Assembly: GCA_964490725.1 (NCBI GenBank)
Contig: CAZBDU010000013.1
Span: forward strand, 8,633-72,632
Direction of reading: 5' to 3'
DNA: 64,000 nucleotides
DNA from: an uncultured Spirochaetaceae bacterium
GTDB taxonomy: Bacteria; Spirochaetota; Spirochaetia; SZUA-6; DRHE01
This document shows positions 60,025-64,000 of the stretch, piece by piece (within the stretch, counting starts at the first letter, position 1; each line of letters begins with the position of its first letter). The notes under the pieces were generated by a model. That model did not search any database and was not told the origin of the DNA. It saw only the letters and a program-made list of their open reading frames with translations. The position numbers and the translations under genes are program-made.

Positions 60025-61845
60025 CTACAGCCCCAGCCTTCGCAGGAGCTCCGTGGTGGGCCTGCCCTCCGGGGTCCAGCCGCGCTTCTGGTAGTATTCC
60101 CTCAAAAGAACGTCCAGCTCGACCACCTGTTTCGCCGATCCGCCCTCGGCGTGCGGCTCCTCGAGGAACCGCCGGGGCAGGCAGTCCTGGCTCGGGCTCA
60201 TGCCCTCCCGCCAGTTGAAGAGGCGTTCCAGGTTGAACACCCGCTCGCCAACCTGCTCCAAAGCCTCTTTGGAACCCAGCTCGCTGAAGCCCGTGGCCGC
60301 CGGGAGCAGCCGGGCCATGGTGTCCTGGTCGATGACCCCTAGCTGGGTGGGGAAAGCGCAGACTCCGGTGGAGTCGTACATGCAGGACTTGTTCTGGTTG
60401 GCCACGGTCAGCGCCGCCTTGCCGTCGGTGGTGAAGCGGTCGAAGGCCGGGTCGAACAGCTCCGGTTCGGCGTAGCCGGTGTGGTGGCAGCCCCCGCGGG
60501 GGGAGGTCGCATAGGCCAGCGCCTGGGACTTGGCGCCCCGCGGGTCGTAGCCGGCCAGCTCCATCCCCTTCACCTCGAGCGCGTAGGCTTCCGCGCCCAT
60601 GCCGATGGACTTCGCGGCCCGCAGCACCCCTTCGCCCAGCAGCCGTCCCAGCCCTTCGCGGCGGCCCATCCGCTTCAACAGCTCGATCATCGCCCGGTGG
60701 TTGCCGAAGCGCAGCTCCAGTCCGCCGGTGTCGCGGTGGCTCAGGATTCCGCGCTCGTACAGCTCCATGGCGAAGGCGCAGATATTGCCCGCCGAAATCG
60801 TGTCCACCCCGTATTCGGTGCAGAGCTGGTCGGCGCGGATGATCGCCGGAAGCGAGCTCACGCCGCAGTCCGAGCCGAAGGCGTAGATCGTTTCGTATTC
60901 CGGGCCTCGGCAGCGGGCCCCGGCGTATTCGCCCTCCCTCACCTCCGAGAGTGAAATACAGACCACGGGGCAGCGGTGGCAGGTGATCTTTTTCACCACG
61001 AAGCTCTTCAGCAGGCTTTCCCCGTTGATCTGCTCGTGGAAGGAGCACTCCCCGCTCTGGTAGTTTCGCGTCCCCAGGAGCCCGAGCTTGTTCATGGGCG
61101 AAACGATGTAGGGCGTCCCGTACTGCCGCCATTCCTGGAAGAAGTCGTTGTCCCGGAACAGCTTCATTTCCTGCTCGACGATTGCCCGGAAGCTCTTCGG
61201 GTCCGCAGCCTCCAGCTTGTTGGTCGCCGTCCCCCGCGCGACAATGCCCTTGAGGTTCTTGGAGCCGAACACGGCGCCCGTTCCTCCCCGCCCCACGAAG
61301 CGGTGGTCCCCGTACAGGCAGGCGATCCGCGCCTGCAGCTCGCCCGCCGGGCCGATGCACAGCGCCCGGGCCCTGCGGTCCGTGGCGGCGAGCAGCTCGG
61401 ACTCGGTCTCCGGACAGCTCTTGCCGCGCAGCTCTCCGCAGGGGCGCAGCTCCGCCCGCCCGTCCCGGATCCAGAGGTAGCACATCTCCCTCGCGCGCCC
61501 ACTGAGGATCACGGCATCAAAGCCGGCGAACTTGAGCTCCGGGCCGAAGAAGCCGCCGCAGTTGCCCATACAGATCATGCCGGTCAGGGGCGACTTGGTG
61601 GTCACGTTGGTGCGCGAGCTGAACGGCGAGGCCGTGCCGGTCAGCGCACCCGCTGTCAGGACCACCACGTTTTCCGGGGAGAGGGGGTCGGTCCCGGCAG
61701 GCAGCCGGTCGTAGAGCAGGCGGGCCCCCAGACCGCGGCCGCCGATGTAGCGGGCGAGCAGGCGCTCGTCGGTGCTCTCCGATCCGATCACCCCGCTCGC
61801 CAGGTCAACGATCAGCACCTTTCCGGCGTAGGCGCCCCGCATCAC
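60025..61845 (-). CDS. Aldehyde:ferredoxin oxidoreductase family tungsten enzyme (second copy in the window)
   Basis: 606 aa. AGKVLIVDLASG..YIGGRGLGARLLY..; Cys motif CHRCPVVC. Start is GTG 61845 or ATG 61842, overlapping the 2Fe-2S gene stop. Confidence 0.9.
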   Translation of the reverse strand: MMRGAYAGKVLIVDLASGVIGSESTDERLLARYIGGRGLGARLLYDRLPAGTDPLSPENVVVLTAGALTGTASPFSSRTNVTTKSPLTGMICMGNCGGFFGPELKFAGFDAVILSGRAREMCYLWIRDGRAELRPCGELRGKSCPETESELLAATDRRARALCIGPAGELQARIACLYGDHRFVGRGGTGAVFGSKNLKGIVARGTATNKLEAADPKSFRAIVEQEMKLFRDNDFFQEWRQYGTPYIVSPMNKLGLLGTRNYQSGECSFHEQINGESLLKSFVVKKITCHRCPVVCISLSEVREGEYAGARCRGPEYETIYAFGSDCGVSSLPAIIRADQLCTEYGVDTISAGNICAFAMELYERGILSHRDTGGLELRFGNHRAMIELLKRMGRREGLGRLLGEGVLRAAKSIGMGAEAYALEVKGMELAGYDPRGAKSQALAYATSPRGGCHHTGYAEPELFDPAFDRFTTDGKAALTVANQNKSCMYDSTGVCAFPTQLGVIDQDTMARLLPAATGFSELGSKEALEQVGERVFNLERLFNWREGMSPSQDCLPRRFLEEPHAEGGSAKQVVELDVLLREYYQKRGWTPEGRPTTELLRRLGL

Positions 61846-62312
61846 AGCTTGCCTCCCTGCCCGGAGGCCTGCTGCACCGCCTCGATGATCTTCTTGTAGC
61901 CCGTGCAGCGGCAGAGGTTTCCGGACAATCCACGCTTGATCTCTTCCTCATCGGGCTTGGGCTTTTCGTCCAGCAGCGCCTTGGCCGCCAGCACCATGCC
62001 GGGGGTGCAAAACCCACACTGCAGGGCGCCTGTTTCCAGGAACGCCTGCTGGATCGGGTGGGGGCTCTCCCGGCTGCCCAGCCCGGCGGCCGTGAGGATC
62101 GAGCAGCCCTCCGCCTGCAGCACCAGCACCAGGCAGGAGTCCACGAGCTTCCCGTCCAGGATCACCGAGCAGGAGCCGCAGTCCCCGCGGCTGCAGCCCC
62201 GCTTGACCTCCGTGCAGTCCAGCTCATCCCGGAGGAAGTCCAGCAGGGTCTGCCCTGGACGGGCCCAGCCCTCGCGCCAGGCGCCGTTGACCTTGATGCG
62301 GATCCGCTTCAC
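61842..62312 (-). CDS. (2Fe-2S)-binding small subunit of a xanthine dehydrogenase / CoxS family enzyme
   Basis: 156 aa. GCSRGDCGSCSV and QCGFCTPGM..LCRCTGY motifs. Confidence 0.9.
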   Translation of the reverse strand: MKRIRIKVNGAWREGWARPGQTLLDFLRDELDCTEVKRGCSRGDCGSCSVILDGKLVDSCLVLVLQAEGCSILTAAGLGSRESPHPIQQAFLETGALQCGFCTPGMVLAAKALLDEKPKPDEEEIKRGLSGNLCRCTGYKKIIEAVQQASGQGGKL

Positions 62313-63199
62313 GGCCTGCCCCCTTGGGTTGGAAGCCGGGACCAGGCCGCGTGGATCGTCCGCTCGACCATTACCTTGGCCATGTCTTTGCGGTACGCCG
62401 CCGAGCCCCGGAACACGGAATCCCGGGGCGTAGAAGCGGCTGCGGCCGCCTCCGCCGCCAGCCTGACCCGCTTTGAGTCATAAGATCCCTGGCACAGCAC
62501 CTTCTCGGCCTCCCTCGCCCTCAGCGGGACCGCGGCCACCGGGCCCAGCACGATGCGCGCCTCGCTCACTGCCCCGTCCTGCCGGCGCAGCCGGACGGCG
62601 CAGCCCAGAACCGGCAGGGTCAGGGCCTGGCGGCGCATCATCCGGCTGTAGGCGGAAGCCTCCTCCCGGTCGTGCAGGCGCAGAAGCAGCCCGGTGACCA
62701 TCTCACGTGTGGAGTCGACAGCGCTTCCCCCTGCTTCGCGGTAGGCCTGCTCGATCGGAAGCTCGCGCGCGCCCTCCGGGGAACGCAGCAGAAGCACCGC
62801 GTCCAGGGCCAACAGCGGCAGGGCAGCGTCCGCGGCCGGCTGTGCCGAAACCACGTTGCCCACCAGGGTAGCCCGGTTCCTGATCTGCGGGCCGCCGACC
62901 CAGGCGCAGCCTTCGGCCAGCGCGGCAGCCCTCCGCACCAGCTCCGGGCTGCCTTCCGCCTGGGTCATGGTGACCCTGGCGCCGAGCCTCACCCTGGCGC
63001 CGCCGTCCTGCAGCTCGATGGCATCGAGATTGGGAATCCTGGCGGTGTCCACCAGCACTTCGCAGAGCAGCTTACCTTCGTGCAGGGCCACCACCAGGTC
63101 CGTGCCACCGGCGATCAGCCGGGCCTCGCCGCGCTCATTGGCCAGGAGGGTCAGCGCCTCTTGCACGCTTTCCGGAAAATGATGCGCCCGAATCTGCAT
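62309..63199 (-). CDS. FAD-binding (CoxM/XdhB-like) subunit of a molybdenum hydroxylase
   Basis: MQIRAHHFPESVQEALTLL..ARLIAGGTDLVV..IRNRATLVGNV.. Start placed at the internal ATG 63199. Confidence 0.85.
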   Translation of the reverse strand: MQIRAHHFPESVQEALTLLANERGEARLIAGGTDLVVALHEGKLLCEVLVDTARIPNLDAIELQDGGARVRLGARVTMTQAEGSPELVRRAAALAEGCAWVGGPQIRNRATLVGNVVSAQPAADAALPLLALDAVLLLRSPEGARELPIEQAYREAGGSAVDSTREMVTGLLLRLHDREEASAYSRMMRRQALTLPVLGCAVRLRRQDGAVSEARIVLGPVAAVPLRAREAEKVLCQGSYDSKRVRLAAEAAAAASTPRDSVFRGSAAYRKDMAKVMVERTIHAAWSRLPTQGGRP

Positions 63200-63221
63200 C
63201 CCGCCGCTCCGTCCTCCCGGC

Positions 63222-63989
63222 CTATTCCTCGACGAAGGCCACCGCGCGCACGAACCCGGCACTGCCCTTGGAGAACTTGATCGGAAAACCGAAGAACTTG
63301 AAGCCGAACGGCGGCAGCAGTTCCAGGTGAGCCAGCTTCTCGTAGTGGGCGTACTCCCTCTTCCTGCCCAGCAGGTGGCAGGGCCAGAGGTACTTCGGGT
63401 CCCGGCCGTGGTCCTTGTAGTTCTTCGACCAGTGGGCGTACCCGATGTCGAAGCTCCAGGCGTCGGTCCCCACGGTCTTGATCCCCTGGTCCAGCACCCA
63501 GGACAGGGCGTCCGCGGACAGGTGCCCGCCGTGGTCCGCGTAGCCGGGCTGGCCGAACAGCTTGTCGTTGCCGGTCATCGCCAGGAAAATGTCGTTGGGC
63601 TTCAGCTTGTAGCCGATCTTGTTCAGTCGCTCCTGCAGCTCCTTGGGGGAGAGGGAATACCCCTCGGGCAGGTCGCGAATGTCGACCACCACCCCGTCGC
63701 CGTAGCACCATTCCAGGGGCCACTCGTCGATGGTCTTGGCCGGCTTTCCCGCGCATTCCGGCCCCATGTGCCACGGGGAATCCAGGTGGGTGCCGGCATG
63801 CGTGGTCATCTCCAGGAAGTCGTCCGCCCAGGCCTTGCCCGGGGTTGGCCAGTCCTGCGGGTCGATGCCGTAGCACCGCTGGTCCTCCTTGGCTCCGTTT
63901 TCGTGCGGGAGATTCGTGATCTTCACGTTCATCAGGGGGCTGGGATCGCTCTGTGTCACCATCGACAGATCGATGATCTTGGTAGCCAT
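63222..63989 (-). CDS. Cyclase family protein (second copy)
   Basis: 255 aa. HAGTHLDSPWH motif. First recognisable gene of the long minus-strand cluster inside the window. Confidence 0.8.
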   Translation of the reverse strand: MATKIIDLSMVTQSDPSPLMNVKITNLPHENGAKEDQRCYGIDPQDWPTPGKAWADDFLEMTTHAGTHLDSPWHMGPECAGKPAKTIDEWPLEWCYGDGVVVDIRDLPEGYSLSPKELQERLNKIGYKLKPNDIFLAMTGNDKLFGQPGYADHGGHLSADALSWVLDQGIKTVGTDAWSFDIGYAHWSKNYKDHGRDPKYLWPCHLLGRKREYAHYEKLAHLELLPPFGFKFFGFPIKFSKGSAGFVRAVAFVEE

Positions 63990-64000
63990 GCTCTGCTCTC

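Noticed and set aside
57337-60342. 1001-aa ORF on the plus strand, along with similar very long ORFs: 2455-4482 (+, its first two-thirds), 6844-8952 (+), 13672-15891 (+), 22175-23638 (+), 24939-26741 (+), 47557-49671 (+), 54433-56667 (+), 59876-61483 (-) and 9324-10742 (+).
   Set aside because: All of them lie antisense to, or out of frame with, genes that have clear family signatures. Their translations are Arg/Pro/Gly/His-rich low-complexity sequence with no motifs. These are typical stop-codon-poor shadow ORFs of high-GC DNA.
1-64000. Search for CRISPR arrays, rRNA, intact tRNA genes, IS elements, transposases and integrases.
   Set aside because: I saw no regularly spaced repeats, no rRNA-like conserved stretches, no complete cloverleaf and no DDE/tyrosine-recombinase-like translations. 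I cannot run tRNAscan, Infernal or BLAST, so small ncRNAs could have been missed.

Overview
High-GC (roughly 63-66% by eye) bacterial chromosomal window, densely coding, with tungsten and molybdenum enzymes that suggest an anaerobe. I recognised no rRNA, intact tRNA, CRISPR array, transposase or integrase. All coordinates were counted by hand, so motif positions may be off by 1-2 nt.

The window falls into four blocks.

1. 1-12.7 kb: a mix of regulators (2 TetR, 1 membrane-anchored AraC), hydrolases, an HtrA-like protease coupled to a predicted beta-barrel protein, several gene remnants, and a lower-GC pair of hypothetical genes.

2. 13-29 kb: a sugar/polyol uptake and catabolism region.
- A CUT2-type ABC transporter (binding protein, ATPase, permease).
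- A divergent NtrC-type sigma54 activator.
- An unusual soluble histidine kinase whose N-terminus is an ABC-transporter nucleotide-binding domain.
- A second, orphan permease paralog.
- An operon with split transketolase, W-type aldehyde:ferredoxin oxidoreductase, MoaD-like protein, TIM-barrel isomerase, glycerol kinase and an RpiB-like isomerase.
- Two near-identical sigma54 promoters. Each has two TGT-N11-ACA dyads at the same spacing upstream, which ties the transporter and the catabolic operon into one putative regulon.

3. 29-39 kb: a decaying accessory islet.
- Intact genes: Phd/VapC toxin-antitoxin pair, DHFR-family protein, ECF sigma factor, MATE pump, WYL regulator.
- Broken or truncated genes, at least six: MFS, alpha/beta hydrolase, YCII, PhnB-like, AbrB antitoxin, ABC ATPase.

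4. 39-64 kb: about 23 co-directional, largely overlapping genes forming a candidate anaerobic N-heterocycle/nucleobase catabolic super-operon.
- Split xanthine-dehydrogenase-family subunits and a second AOR.
- Two TRZ/ATZ amidohydrolases, an aminotransferase and a nitroreductase.
- A BMP-type ABC transporter with an embedded M20 deacylase.
- A TenA-like protein, and thiolase plus DUF35.
- The FdrA-DUF1116-DUF2877 trio, and two cyclase-family proteins.

Many long ORFs in the track are antisense shadow ORFs typical of high-GC DNA and were rejected.
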